DNA of 63,999 bases, filler included, from Trypethelium eluteriae (Eukaryota), in NCBI GenBank assembly GCA_051942245.1. It is 4 parts of 4 records of this genome, joined end to end, with 100 filler letters (N's around TTAATTAATTAA, not from the genome) between each part and the next. Parts side by side here need not be neighbours in the genome. Positions count along the whole stretch, not along the records: positions 1 to 16,436 come from JAVECL010000622.1; positions 16,537 to 32,956 come from JAVECL010000623.1; 2 more parts are not named here. One strand, written 5' to 3'. The position numbers and the translations under genes were made by a program. Under the pieces are notes generated by a model. That model was given only the letters and a program-made list of their open reading frames with translations. It was not told where the DNA came from and did not search any database. This document shows positions 11,540 to 24,538 of the stretch, piece by piece. The stretch's first letter is position 1. Every line of letters starts with the position of its first letter.

Positions 11540-13794
11540 TTAGAGCCTACCCCAACCGAAGAACATCTTCCCGATCGTCCTCACAGTGGCCCATTGCACT
11601 CCCCAGATACTCAAACTAAGCGAAGTTTGCGCAGCCCAAGTCAACCCAATCCTGCCCACGTAAACACCGATAGCCCACAATCTATCCACCCTCCCGACAC
11701 TACCTTGAAGGCCGAAACGCCTACCAGCTCCGAACAACCCAAGCATCCCCCCAACCACAGGGTTGGCCATAACAGGATAAAGCTCCTCCCTCGTCGCACG
11801 CGCATTGACCTGCTGCTCCGCGTTCAATCCCGACGTCGCAGACAGAAACGCACCGGACAAGCTCCTCGCCATCATGGCCTCCACAGGCGCAAATACGCAC
11901 TCCATGATCGAGCTGTCGACCAAGGTCGCGAGAAACATGGCGGGCCCCAACGAGAGCTCAGATAGCCGCTGTACAGTTCCCGTGCGTCGGCCGCTGCTAC
12001 TGCGACTGCTGCTGCGACTGCTGATGCGACTGCTGATGCGACTGCCATCACGCTGCCCATCAAACGCGGGCATATCTCGTGCAGTTGGCAAATCCAGGGC
12101 TTCGAGCGCAGGATCTTGGCTGGAGCCACCGAACGGACTTTGGTTTTCGAGCGCCTCGGTGTAGGCTGATGTCGCCGGTGACGAGGAGGATGTGGATTCG
12201 ACATCGCCAATGCCGACGTTTAGATTGGGGGGTAAGGCAGGAGGAGACGGTAGTGTTGGTGGTATGCTGGTGGATGGTGCGTGCGCCTTTCGAAGGACGA
12301 GACGACGCGGACGCTCCATCCACCCCACGGCTTGGAGAAAGTGATCTCGAAGATCACAGATGCGTTCGAAGAGTCTCGGGTCTACAAATTTTTCATACTT
12401 TCCTCGGAAAGGACTTCTCGGCATACTGTTAGCAGGATCTTCAGCCTTTTTTTGGTACGTAGTTGGTGCGATCAAGTCAGCTTCTGGTAGTTCGGGAATA
12501 ACAAACTCATCCATGTAATCAATTACGAACAGAATCAGATATATCGTTGTAGGGAATGCGAGCATTGACCAGGTCCAGTTCCGTAGGCCTGGGCCAGGAG
12601 ATGCAGTTGGTTTCGGGAAGAGTTGAAATGGTGACGCCTTGTTAAAAGGTATCAAAGACGTCCAGTGGGGAATTATAGGAAGAGCAGGAATGAGACAGAC
12701 TCGCTGCAAACGTGAATACATGAGCACTGGGGACAAGAAGAATCTTGCTGCGACCTTCGATCTGTAAATATCTATTTAGCTCAATCGTTATCCTGTAATC
12801 TACCAAGACTTACGCCGTGCCGAGATTTGATATATAATTTGTGTACCGATTTCGTTGTGCCCGTGACTGGACAGTCGCAATGAGGAGACGCATAACATGT
12901 TTCGTCGACAGGTCTACGCACTGCTCAACGCCCTCAATGGCTAAGTGGTAGAATACATAGGCAGGCAGACCTGCCATGAAAAAGGCATAATTGCCCAGAC
13001 ACCGGCGTTCGATTTCGAAGATATCGAACGAAGATAAGTCGAGAGGGTAAGGGAACGTCTATGACAAACTTAGCACTGAATCTATGAGGTGCTCAAAAAC
13101 TTTAACCGTGAGGCTACTAACCATGAAGCGAAGCCTGAGGTTTTCGAACCACCACGTAGCACAGAAAAAAAGCGCCAAAAAGTTTACATCAAGAGTCGTG
13201 CCAACAATGTCTTCAAGTTTCATTCGCTCCGCCGCAATTTTGTCTACAACGGAGCGAGCCTCCTTTGCTCGATCATCTCTACGCTTTACTACGCCAACAG
13301 CAGCAAGGACGTCGTTTTGAGCCTGACGCATTTGACTCGCCCTAGCTTGAGCTCCTGGATCACATGGATATCCTCGGTCGTCATATTGCTGAGTGTGGTC
13401 GCCGAGGGAACCTGTCTGTGAACTTGTCGACTGTGTACATGATTCATTAGGATCGAATGAATCCGCTCCCAGGTCGTGTTGCGCTATGAAATCGAGTTGT
13501 TCTTCAATTGACTGACTTTGTTCAAGAGGTTCGAATGCAGAACGGCCCTGTTCTGTGAGTCAGAGACGCGGACAGTAACGTCGACGACTTCAGCCGCCAC
13601 TGTCTTGTATAGGGATAAGTTTCGAAGAGCAGACGAAGCAGCTTGACTTCACCTGCAATAATGAGAAGGACAAGCAGTCTTCTCTCTTCGTGCAAGAGTG
13701 CAACTTACAAGTGCAATACGGATTAAGAAGGCTTGCCTGCCCATCCTGGGCTAAGCACTGGGTCGATGGCCTTAGGTATTGAGGGACCCTCCAT
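11540..13794 (-). CDS. Uncharacterised multi-exon putative membrane protein; 5' exon structure uncertain
   Basis: 398-aa terminal ORF with hydrophobic segments, ending IGKMFFGWGRL. Upstream exons include YDDRGYPCDPGAQARASQMRQAQNDVLAAVGVV. Candidate ATG at 13794 (MEGPSIPKAIDPVLSP). Confidence 0.55.
11993..12046. repeat. Imperfect 12-bp tandem repeat (TGCGACTGCTGA/C) encoding SSRI/SSRS on the minus strand
   Basis: gctgctactgcgactgctgctgcgactgctgatgcgactgctgatgcgactgcc; protein GSRISSRISSRSSSRSSSG. Confidence 0.8.
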
Positions 13795-14063
13795 GAGTAG
13801 AAGAGGAATTAGAGCACCAATACGAAATCGCAGCACAACTCAAAGTAGGTAGTGCGTACTCGCACCAGCTGTGTAGAAGCAGGTTACACAAGCAGGGTCA
13901 CTGATTGTGGTGTGATGGGAGCATGAGGAAGGAACAGACCAGACCAAACACTGATCGTCCAGGGTCTTATGTTTTATTCCCTTTTGGGAATTAGCGGATG
14001 ACGCACATGGTGGAAAACAGTGCGGGCACTAAGGTACTCAATTTCATTCATCTGCATACTAAT

Positions 14064-14108
14064 GCTCATCAATATCTCGTCCCATTCTCTACTTTAAGAT
14101 TCTCATCG
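14064..14108. promoter_or_regulatory. Candidate PAC elements upstream of UTP13
   Basis: GCTCATC at about 14064-14070 and CTCATCG (reverse complement CGATGAG) at 14102-14108, 85-130 bp upstream of a ribosome-biogenesis gene ATG. Confidence 0.4.
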
Positions 14109-14191
14109 AGTTCTTTCTGATGGTCGCACAAGTTATGCAACTCCATACACTGACGGCTTAAGCCTATACAGAATCACACGTCCCTTGGATC

Positions 14192-16436
14192 ATGGCTCAA
14201 AGGGCCGAACTCAAAACTACTTTTGAGCCAAGCAAGGTCATCCAACCTTTTTATTCAGGTGGAAGCGTTGCATTGGGAGGAGATGGGCAGATACTCGCCA
14301 CTTGTCTCGGCGACGATGTTATTCTTACTGATTTGACATCAGGAGAACAGCTGCTTCGAATTGAAGGCGTAAGGAAAATGCTAGAATAACCGTAGCTTTT
14401 GAAGGCTGACTGAGTTGACGGAAGACGTAGGATGACGAACCAATTACAACCATCTCTTGTAAGATCCTTCTTCACAAATGGTCGTCCTCTGCTAACAGGA
14501 AGTAGTAACCGCCGACGTCTCCTATCTCATTACTTGCTCGCGTTCTCTTGCAGTACGAACGTATCTTCTACGATCCGCAGATGGAGCTTTTACTGCAGAA
14601 CTGCAGCGAACAATCAAACCGCATGTTACACCGACAGTTACATCTGCCGTAGACCACACGGGTACGCTCTTCGCAGCGGGCGCCGCTGATGGTGCCATCA
14701 AGATCTTCGATATCAGAGGAGGCTATACGACGCACACTTTCCATGGCCACAGTGGGGTGATATCAGCATTGCATTTTTTTGAAGTGGCAGACAGCAAATC
14801 GGACAGTAAAAGCCAACAGGACAAAAAGCGGAAGAAGCGACGTAGCAATGGCGAGACCATGGATATCGATGATGACACGGCCGAAGCCACGTTTGGCATC
14901 AGAATTGCGTCAGGCGGAGAGGATGGAAAAGTCAGAATCTGGGATCTGCACAAGCGGAAGAGTGTGGCTGTCTTGGATTCCCATGTCTCCGTTGTCCGCG
15001 GTCTAGACTTTTCTGCAAAAGAGAATGCGTTGGTTTCTGGAAGTAGGGACAAAACAGTCATGTTGTGGGACGCCAAAACCTGGAAGATACGGAGTACCAT
15101 ACCTATCCTTGAGACAATCGAGAGCGTTGGTTTCGTGCAAGAGGGGAAGTATATCTACACAGGCGGGGAGAACGGGCAAATAAGGATATGGATGACTGCA
15201 ACCGGAAAGGAAATTACGGATGAACAAGAACCTGGTGGAGAAACCGAAGGCGTAGTTGATGTACTACGCCCTCAGAACCTCTCCAGTCTACTTTCTGTTC
15301 ATGCAGATCAAAGCCTTCGGCTACATTCGCTAGATCCACTTGACGAGACTTTGGCAGGGAACATGATCTCTCCACTGCCGGTTATTCGTCGAATATCTGG
15401 CACCCATGACGAAGTCATTGATCTTGCTTATATTGGCCTCGAAAAAGATTATCTAGCTCTTGCTACAAATCTAGAAGAGCTCCGTATCATCTCGCTTTCA
15501 ACTCGGTCTCCTTCCGCACTACCTAGCGATCATCGCGATGCTGTTTCAATGGTGCCCGCTTCTCACTACTTCGGTGCTGATGTCACAACGCTTCGTGGTC
15601 ATACTGATATAATCATCACTCTCGATACTGACTGGTCAGGCCATTGGCTTGCCACTGGTGCCAAAGATAACACAGCACGTCTCTGGCGTCTTGATCCTGC
15701 TAACAATTCTTATTTGTGCTATGCGACTTTCAGTGGGCATGCCGAATCCATTGGCGGTATCGCGTTGCCACATCAAAAACCACCCTCAGGATCAGCTGCG
15801 CACAGTAATCCCTTGGATCATCCACCCAAGTTCCTCTTGACAGCTTCTCAAGACAAGACCATTAAGCGATGGGACATCACGACAAGCTCCGATGCTGAGA
15901 GAGGAGGTAGACCCATGAAAGTGGCTCGCGCGGCTTATACTCGCAAAGCACACGACAAGGACATCAATGCTCTTGATACAAACCCCAACGACTCTCTATT
16001 TGCATCAGCGTCACAGGACCGCAATGTAAAGATATGGGACCTCGAAGCTGGGGAAACCATCGGCATCTTACGCGGACACAAGCGTGGAGTCTGGACCGCC
16101 AAGTTCTCACCAATGGGTACCAGTCCGATCACAGGAGAATCAGGTGCCACCAGTAGTGCATCAAGAGGATATGTCGTCACAGGCAGTGCGGACAAGTCAG
16201 TTCGAATCTGGAGTCTAGCAGACTACAGCTGTCTCCGAACCTTCGAAGGGCACACGAATAGCGTCCTCAAAGTCGTCTGGCTCCCTCCCTCCACCACCAA
16301 CCGCACCGACAGCGGCGCCCACCGTCGTCGAGGGCCCCAAGTCGCCTCCGCCGGCGGCGACGGCCTCGTCAAAGTCTGGGACATCGAATCCGAATCCGCC
16401 ACCACCCTCGACAACCACACCGACCGCGTCTGGGCG
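14192..16436 (+). CDS. UTP13: SSU processome WD40 protein Utp13 (TBL3); 3' end lost at the gap
   Basis: LKTTFEPSKVIQPFYSGGSVAL N-terminus, ISGTHDEVIDL, YTRKAHDKDINALD, LRGHKRGVW and LRTFEGHTNSVLKV. Introns at about 14369-14430 and 14459-14505. Confidence 0.9.
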
Positions 16437-16536
16437 NNNNNNNNNNNNNNNNNNNNNNNNNNNNNNNNNNNNNNNNNNNNTTAATTAATTAANNNNNNNN
16501 NNNNNNNNNNNNNNNNNNNNNNNNNNNNNNNNNNNN
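16437..16536. other. Artificial contig spacer (44N-TTAATTAATTAA-44N)
   Basis: 100 nt with an all-frame stop linker, identical in all three gaps. Confidence 0.97.
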
Positions 16537-16602
16537 CTCCCCGTCCAGTGCAATACTTGGGTCACAATCTCTATAATAACTTAATCCCAATCATAATTGA
16601 CA

Positions 16603-19600
16603 ATGGTCTTCTGCACCTACTGCGGTCAGTCTTTCACGAGGGACGAGCATTTGGAAAGGCATATACTCACGCGTAAGTTCACTGCCGGCGCCACAGTATG
16701 GTAGCATCCTTGTGGAGATGCAGATTGCTAACCATGGCTTCTATACACAGACACAAATGTCAAGCCATTCAAATGCTTCACATGTCACATGTCTTTTGCT
16801 CGAAGGTACGTTTCTGCAGAACCGACATCCACTTTGCTTGCTCCTGCATCAGGGGGCCAACCATTCTTGCTCCCTCTTGCTCAAGTAGAACTGAAGACTA
16901 ACAACCTGTCCAGGGATCTCCTTCAGAGGCACTATACTGTTCACGGCAGAGACAGTAATCAAGAGCCGCTCCCGGCTTCGAATGGAATGATTCCCAAGTC
17001 CGCGGGTAGAACACCCATTGCCTGCAGCAACTGCGCGAAGACGAAGACCAAGTGTGACAAGAAATTCCCCTGTAGCCGATGTGCGAGCAGGAATCTCCGA
17101 TGTACCCTTCGACCAACGCGAAGAACGTCCAAGAATGTCAACGTCCTAAAGGTCGTAGGCGATGGCCAGAGTAGCGGGAACAACTCGGACAACGGGTCCA
17201 ACGAACCGTCTTCAGGATCGAACAAAAGCAGTCCACAACCTCAAGCCCAAGCCCAACCAGAATCTCAAACACCATCTCAGAAAACGTCTCCCATCATAAA
17301 CAAGTCCAGAGCCGAAGGGCCCACACCACAGTATTTCGAACAGAGTCCGCCGAATGTCCGACAAAATCTTCCGAATGGTGTCATCTCGCCTCTGCCAACC
17401 CCGACGAGCCAGACCGGTTTCCTGCAAACCACCCCTCTCTCCGGCTATGAGGACTTCACAAGGACGAATCAAGACGGTTCTGACAACGGCTCCAGCCCTC
17501 AATTCATGATGGATTGGGCACAGATGCAGCTACCCATGGGTTATGAAGGCATGGCCCGTCCAGACATGATGTTGGGTCCTGAGATGGGCCTTGATCCGAA
17601 CGCTATGCCGCTGGGAGCTCAGGGCGAGCCAATGGTTGGCATGCTGCCAGACTTTTCACACAGCATGGCCTCTCTCCAGACTCCAATTGAGACACCGAAG
17701 TTTGAAAGACATTTCTCTGATCTAGACCTTGGCAACTCGACGCCAATCTTCCAGCCACCGAGCAGGCACCTGTCTCACACTTCGACTCACTCCAGTCACT
17801 CGGTGCCCGCCCCGGCTGGTGATAACGGCGGAGAGTTGTCGGCAATCGTTGCTGCTCAAGACGGCTGGAGCGTTTTCCGTTGCACGCCAACTGTCTCCTC
17901 AGCCGCGTGCCCGCGAACGGCCAGGCCCAACCTCGAGAGGCTTGAGCAAAGCCTCCGCAACCATGAAACGTGGAGCAAATGGAGTCCAACCTGGGACGAA
18001 TCGGAATTTTCCAGCGGCGAGCAATTGGCCGTGATGCAGCTTCAAGAGAGCACACGCGATAAGCTCCTGGCCATTACACAAGCCTTCCTCCACAAAGCCC
18101 TTGACATCCACCAAGATAATGGAAACAGCCTGACTCCCGGCAGCGCCAGTCCATCACGCTCGTTAAGCTCCAACTTTGTGCTCCTCCCGCCGGCGCGGGT
18201 CTTGGAGTACTTCCTCCGATCGTACGCGAACAGCTTCGAACGATACTACTCGATGACGTCTCGTGGCCTGCTCGATGCTAATGAGCTAATGTACTTTTAT
18301 AATGAGAAGGCCTCAAGCCTGTTAATTCTAATGATGATTGCCCAAGGCGCCATGGCCATCCCTTCTATCGAAGGACGTTGGCTCGCAGGCGGACTTACCG
18401 AGGCCTGCCGCATCTCGCTGTTTGACTTGATCGAGAAGAACATCATCATGTCCGGTGACCCTATCGTTCTGCACTCAGCCCTGCTCTTCACCGCGTTGGC
18501 GGCGTGGAGCGGCGATAAGTGGCAGATGGATATCGCGATGGGCCAGCGCGGCATGTATTTTGCAATGCTCAGGCATTCCGGCGTGCTGGAGCCGCGGCAA
18601 CAGGCGCCATCGCAGATCGACAGGTCGAACACAGATGCGTTGTGGAATGACTGGATCCAACACGAGAGTCGGAGTCGGTAAGTGGCCACGATTCATCTTG
18701 TCACATGACTTACCGTTGATGCACGAGCTAACTGCAACGCACAGATTGATCTACTCATGGGTCATGGTCGACCAGGACCTGTCTCTCTTCCATGATACGG
18801 CTCCTCTCTTCTCAGTCACTGAGTTTGGGGCTCCCATGCCTGATGCCGACAGGCTATGGCATGCGAAGACTGCGTCCGAATGGACCAGCATCTTCGAGCA
18901 GGTGCACGAGTTCTCCGGGGGCTTCTCCTCCATCGGATCTGGAGCTCGACCTCTGTCCCTGCGCGACCTCTTCCGTCACTTCCTCGATGACGAGATCGTC
19001 GCACAGGGCATCGAACTGACTCCTCTCCATCTGAGACTCTTGCTGCACCCCCTGCAATCCCTCGTATGTCAGTACTGCCAGCTCTTGAGCTGCTTCTCCG
19101 ACACCGTCGCCTCGCGCCAGCGCGCCCGTGCCGTCACTGCCGCTTCCACGCGTGTGCGGTTGGAGGAGGTCCAGTCGCTTCTGCAGCGCTGGTACGACCT
19201 GGCGGATCGCTACTCCAAGGCGAACCCCACCTGCCCGATGATGCAGGCCAACCTCGCCATGTTCCACCTCATCTCTCTTAACGCCATCACCAACTTCGCG
19301 GAGATCGAGAAGCTAGCTCGCCGCGAGGGCGTTGACGGCTCCTACCCGCAGCTCGTCTGGCTGCACCGTCGTTGCATCTCCGATGTCGAGGAGGCCATCT
19401 TCCACTGCGGTCAAGTCCTGCGTCTCATCCGGGCCATGCCTAGAGGGGTGCGTCCGCCTTGGTGGGCCGCCGCCGTGTACCGTGCTGCTCTTCTCCTCTG
19501 GACTGACAGCCTTACTCATAATGATGCTGTGTCGAATCAGCCCTCTGGGCTTTTTCCTGTGCCAGGCCCGTCATTCGCTGTGGATGCATTGCCTCCAGAC

Positions 19601-19792
19601 CATCCGCTCGTCGTCCGCTATCTCACTAAGCGGGAGGGCGTGCCAACGCTGACCAAGCGAGATGGTTCCCAGATGGCAATCGATAATGTGTTTGGAGTCC
19701 TCTCCCATTGCGTGGAGGTCATCAACGAAGGGGTGTCGACGAGGTTCGCTGACGGAATCCGGGGAAAGTTGGAGAAGTTGGCCCGTGGCTAG
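16603..19792 (+). CDS. CMR1: Melanin regulator Cmr1/Amr1/Pig1 (2 x C2H2 + Zn2Cys6 + fungal TF domain); exons 16603-16672, 16751-16805, 16914-18677, 18745-19792
   Basis: Spliced N-terminus MVFCTYCGQSFTRDEHLERHILTHTNVKPFKCFTCHMSFARRDLLQRHYTVH, then ACSNCAKTKTKCDKKFPCSRCASRNLRC. Adjacent to the THN reductase gene. Confidence 0.93.
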
Positions 19793-21315
19793 TAGGGTTT
19801 CCTGAGGGGTGACCCCCATTTCCCCCACCTCTTCTGTAGTCCTCCTTTAGAGATACCCATGATCAACTACCTTGCTTGTTTTACAAATATGGGCTTTTGC
19901 CACCGATCTTTCCTACGCTGTCTTTTCTGCTGTCTTCCTTGTAAAGTTTTTTTTGCTTGACTTCTCTTGCAGTTTCCTGGTGGTAATTTCCTAAAAGCGG
20001 TAATGGCCTTTATACACGGATCCTAGAGAGGCCGGGATCATGGTCCCTTGTTTTTCTCGTTTGAGTTTTGTCATCGTTTTCTTCTCCACTGGCGTTGAGT
20101 ATTGTCCCTTTGTTCGAAGGCATAAAAGGCTAGAATTCCCGCAGGGGTCCAGTGACGATTGACGATTTTCCTCATGGGTATTTGGCGGTCAAAGTGCTTT
20201 TCCTTGGGTAGATCAAGCTTCTGTGGGGATAAACATTGAATATAAATGCGTTTGAACAAGCCACGCTCCGATATACGAAAGGATATTTCCGTCTCTGATC
20301 TGATCTCCACGCCTGAACAACGTCTAATCAGCCTTTCCGGTGGCACCTCTGAGCCTTATTCTTGGAGCTGAGTGCCGGAAATGACGCGGCCCAACTCATA
20401 CGGTTCCTTTCGGTGTTCTCCACTCGTGAAGCCGAAGTCACGGGAGTGGAGCAGAAACCCATACAACTCTCCAAGTTGCAATTACTATTTTATTTTTCTA
20501 CGTCACCCCTCTTCGCACTTTGCCCTATACGTTACAAACCTAACTACTTATGCACAGATCTGCATTCACTAAGGGTTTCGGCAAGGAACCCGGAATTTCG
20601 GTAACGGCTCTCCCCAACGTTCGCCGTTAACCCTAAGCTATCTCGTGACACAGAATCCAGCTTCAGGTCAGCTTTTGTGGGCTTTATCAGCCTTCTGCTG
20701 GAGCTCACAAGGACATCGCAGGAGGATCAGACAGAGAATGTTGGAACGGTGGATCTAAGTGGCATTCCGATGGCTTTCACCCTGCCTTTTGGACCCTTAA
20801 ATACGTAGGCATATACACCGGAAGGAAAGACTGACAATCGACTGCGTGAAAGGATCTCTTCCAACCCACACGATACAACTATCACAGACGATGGACAAAT
20901 CTCACGTGAGGGTTGATTAAATGCGAATAGCCGAGCTCTCCTCGCCTTCGCAAGCGGACGCCGACACAAGCTGATGCTGTACCTACAGAATTACAACGAC
21001 CATCGCTCAGCTGAAGAAGCCAGAGAAAGACCGTGAACCGAAATCCGTGAACTCCGGTACATGAGCTCTCAAATTCAGGTCGCTCTCTGGTTGTGCAATA
21101 AGCCCGCATTCGAATCCAATGTCGCACAAGCTGATTTACAGGGAGTCGCATTATTGAACAATCGGCTTCGATCTGTGGGACTCGATATCGGCTCAGGTGC
21201 TGCCGGCGGCGACCAATTTGTCCTGTGTTTTCGGAACCAAGATTGTTCTTTCCAAGATGGGAGTTCCGGAACGTACCTACCGTACCTCTCGGAGCCCCCC
21301 GTTACCCCTTAGCTT

Positions 21316-21723
21316 CGGACTACCGGGCTTTGCGCTCATTGGATAACCGGGTCATTACTAGCTTAGTCCGAAACTTTGTTTCGACGAGCAAGAAAATTAT
21401 TGAAACGTATTTCGTAGCCGCTGCTAGGTGTGACGGCTCGGAACGTAGTGTAGCACTTGTACGACCCCTTTGTCCCTCGCCCGATCGGATTTCGAAAATG
21501 CACCATTTTAGGCCAGCGGCTTTCCGGTCTTTCCCCCACTGTCAGGAGCCACAATATCCGCTACATTATGTTGTATCTCCACACCTCACGTTTGAAGGCC
21601 GTCTCTGCAGTCCCTGCATGTTAGGGGCTAGTTCGCCTTCACAACAGCCAATCTATATGTGGGCCTTTAGTTGACATGGCATGCAATGACGCGTCCTAAG
21701 AATAATCAGCATTCGGAGTTCCG
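21316..21723. promoter_or_regulatory. Three CGG-N4-CCG inverted repeats (candidate Zn2Cys6 sites) upstream of THR1
   Basis: CGGactaCCG 21316-21325, CGGctttCCG 21517-21526, CGGagttCCG 21714-21723. Confidence 0.45.
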
Positions 21724-22665
21724 CTCCCGTGACTGGTGGACTGGTAAGTTTGATACTGCAAGACATAGTTTAGAGACGTTTAAACACTAAGGAAAATTCT
21801 TCTCGTCGGTGCTCCTCTAGTGAAACACTTTTTTTTTCAAAGCTTCGCTAAGAGAAACTGACGGACCGTTTAGTAAAGCTAGGCAAGTGCAAGGAACAAA
21901 GCTTGACATCGACGGGAACCATACTAAGGAGAGCTAATTGCGCGATATCGAGATCTCGGCAAGGAGCTACTCAGCACTGGAGATTGCCGGTCGAAGGCTA
22001 ACCAAGCATCTAATGTCTCGGCTTCTAACTACATTCCCCCAAGTGTCCAAGACTACCAAGCATCAGGAGCTAAGATTCGGTCCCTCCGGCTTCTTGTCAA
22101 CTACCTTACACGTCCATAAGACATTCACGCACCTCGACACAGTCTCTCCAGCAGCCGTTTCCCTGCCTAGTTGACTCGTTCTCATTTTCAAAGGATTCAA
22201 TGAATCGACTCCATGTGCTATGGTGGCATCCGCGAACCTCCTGTCCACAGGCGTTGATAGGGATGTCACGGACTGCGGGGCCGCGATGCCACCATAGCTT
22301 CACGCGCAAGCATAGCAAATAGACCCTTCTCAACAGGTAGCTAAGCCGTCTCTTCAATGTCACAGACTCTTCCTCAGACCAATTTGAGCCACTCAATATG
22401 CCGATGATGATGGCGACGATGCACTATGCTGAATCACTTACCGGCGCTTCGATGATGCCGGAAGACCGCTCACGACGAGGTCGTGCAAAAGTCATCCATC
22501 GAGCGAGCGCCCTATATAGTCATCGTCGCCCCAGTTTTTGTCTTCTTTGTATTTGAGACAATCTCACTATTCTCCGACTTTGTGCCACAATCGTCCGACT
22601 TCTCTGACCTCCAGAAACCCGAAACCAAGCCCTTCTTAGTAGTATACATCGCAGTATATCCCAAA

Positions 22666-23707
22666 ATGTCTACAGCTATTCCCAGTTGGTCCCTCGATGG
22701 CAAGGTGGCTGTGGTTACAGGCTCAGGTAGGCTTTCTGGCATTTCCTTTTTTCGCCTTGCGCAGCGGAGATCTCCCAAAAAAGACATAAGCATAAACCCT
22801 CCCCACATAAACCGAATAATAGCTGACAAAGAGTTCCCACAAAAAAATAGGCCGTGGTATCGGAGCTGCAATGGCGATTGAGCTCGGCAAGCGGGGAGCC
22901 AAGGTCGTCGTCAACTACGCCAACAGCGCCGACGCCGCCAACGAGATCGTAGCCGAGATCAAGAAGAACGGCAGCGACGCGCTCGCCATCCAGGCCAACG
23001 TCGCCAACGTCAGCGAGACCACCGAGCTCTTCGACAAGACCGTCGCCCACTTCGGCAAGCTCGACATCTGCTGCTCCAACTCCGGCGTCGTCAGCTTCGG
23101 CCACCTGAAAGATGTCACCGAGGAGGAGTTCGACCGCGTCTTCCGGATCAACACGCGCGGCCAGTTCTTCGTTGCTCGCGAGGCGTATAAGCACATGTCG
23201 GTGGGTGGCCGCATCATCTTGATGGGCTCGATCACGGGACAGGCCAAGGGCGTGCCGAAACATACTGTCTACTCGGGCAGTAAAGGTGCTATTGAGACTT
23301 TTGTGCGCTGCATGGCCATCGACTGCGGTGACAAGAAGATCACTGTCAACTGCGTAGCTCCCGGTGGCATCAAGACTGACATGTATCACGCTGTGTGCCG
23401 CGAATACATTCCCGACGGTGATAAGCTCAGTAACGATCAAGTTGACGAGGTAAGATCCTACCTAGCCAGGATAGATACGTTATGTGAGACTCATGGCTGA
23501 CCGTATTTTCAGTTCGCTGCTACGTGGTCGCCCATGAGCCGCGTTGGCCAGCCAGTTGATATAGCTCGCGTCGTCTGTTTCCTTGCTAGTCAGGATGGCG
23601 AATGGGTCAATGGCAAGGTTATTGGCATTGACGGCGCTGTAAGTTCAGGTTGACTCTACTCTCAAAAACTGCAACATGCTAACATGTATGCTTAGGCTTG
23701 TATGTAA
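22666..23707 (+). CDS. THR1: 1,3,8-trihydroxynaphthalene reductase (SDR; BRN1/THR1/BUF1 type); exons 22666-22726, 22851-23449, 23513-23638, 23696-23707
   Basis: [54 protein letters not shown] (YxxSK), [11 protein letters not shown] and C-terminal IGIDGAACM. Confidence 0.93.
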
Positions 23708-24538
23708 AGCGTTTCTATTCTTGAAAAATCGTTTCATATATTCGCATTGGCAACACCATAGGAGATTTAAGCTCTCCGCCGTTTCAGTAACAGACTTCTC
23801 ACTTGAATGCATCATTGGTGTCGGTATAGCTTAGGATAGGGATGTATTATGTCTCGAGTCCATCGTAGTAGGGCAATATCCCAACTTTTTACTTCGTGGG
23901 ACGAAAAGAGACTTAGTCGAATAACGAATGACACAATTATAACATACAATCATAATATTTCACATGCTACAAATTCTAGCTTTCAAGCTTGAAGTCCCCG
24001 ATGACGCAAAGATGACGTCTTCAAAGGACTGAGAACCATGGGATGACTCTGGAGGTGAATGGATGATCGCGGCAGCTCCGAAAGCAGCAACAAGGCTCGA
24101 GGTGATTATTTGGAGGTACACTGCTCTGGATGCCGGCCAAGAAGAGACGAACACTCGGTACGTATTCCCTGAGTGTATAAGTCAGCGGCTCAGAGGAAGC
24201 CGGATTTATGATCTGTTGAAGTAATGGACGGAACATTCCTTTGAGATAAGTGATCTCCTGATTGAGGCTCTCTCATCTTATAACTCCGATCTAGAAACAA
24301 ATGAAAAATAAAGGATCAAACTAGCTTGTAGTTGTGTACTGAACATTACTGCGCACCACAATCATGGGTTCCTCATGTTCCTTCATCTAAGATTTCTGTG
24401 TGGACTGAGTTCGTAGAGCTGGTTAAAATGCGAAAATACAACTGATACTCCGGCACATCCGTTCTTAATAGACAGATGTTGAAAAGAATTTTAATACGAA
24501 AGTATGAAAGCCCCATTTTTTGAATTGGAAACGGGTCT

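Noticed and set aside
7250..16436. RRP9 and UTP13 (both SSU processome) within 5 kb
   Set aside because: They are separated by two unrelated genes and ribosome-biogenesis genes are numerous, so chance is sufficient without synteny data.
16481..16492. TTAATTAATTAA palindrome repeated at about 16.5-kb intervals
   Set aside because: It is an all-frame stop linker embedded in N runs, not biological periodicity.
22715..23440. 241-aa antisense ORF over THR1 (also antisense ORFs over RRP9, CMR1 and FAP7)
   Set aside because: Antisense open frames are expected from strong codon bias in SDR and other GC3-rich genes, and there is no independent evidence of coding.
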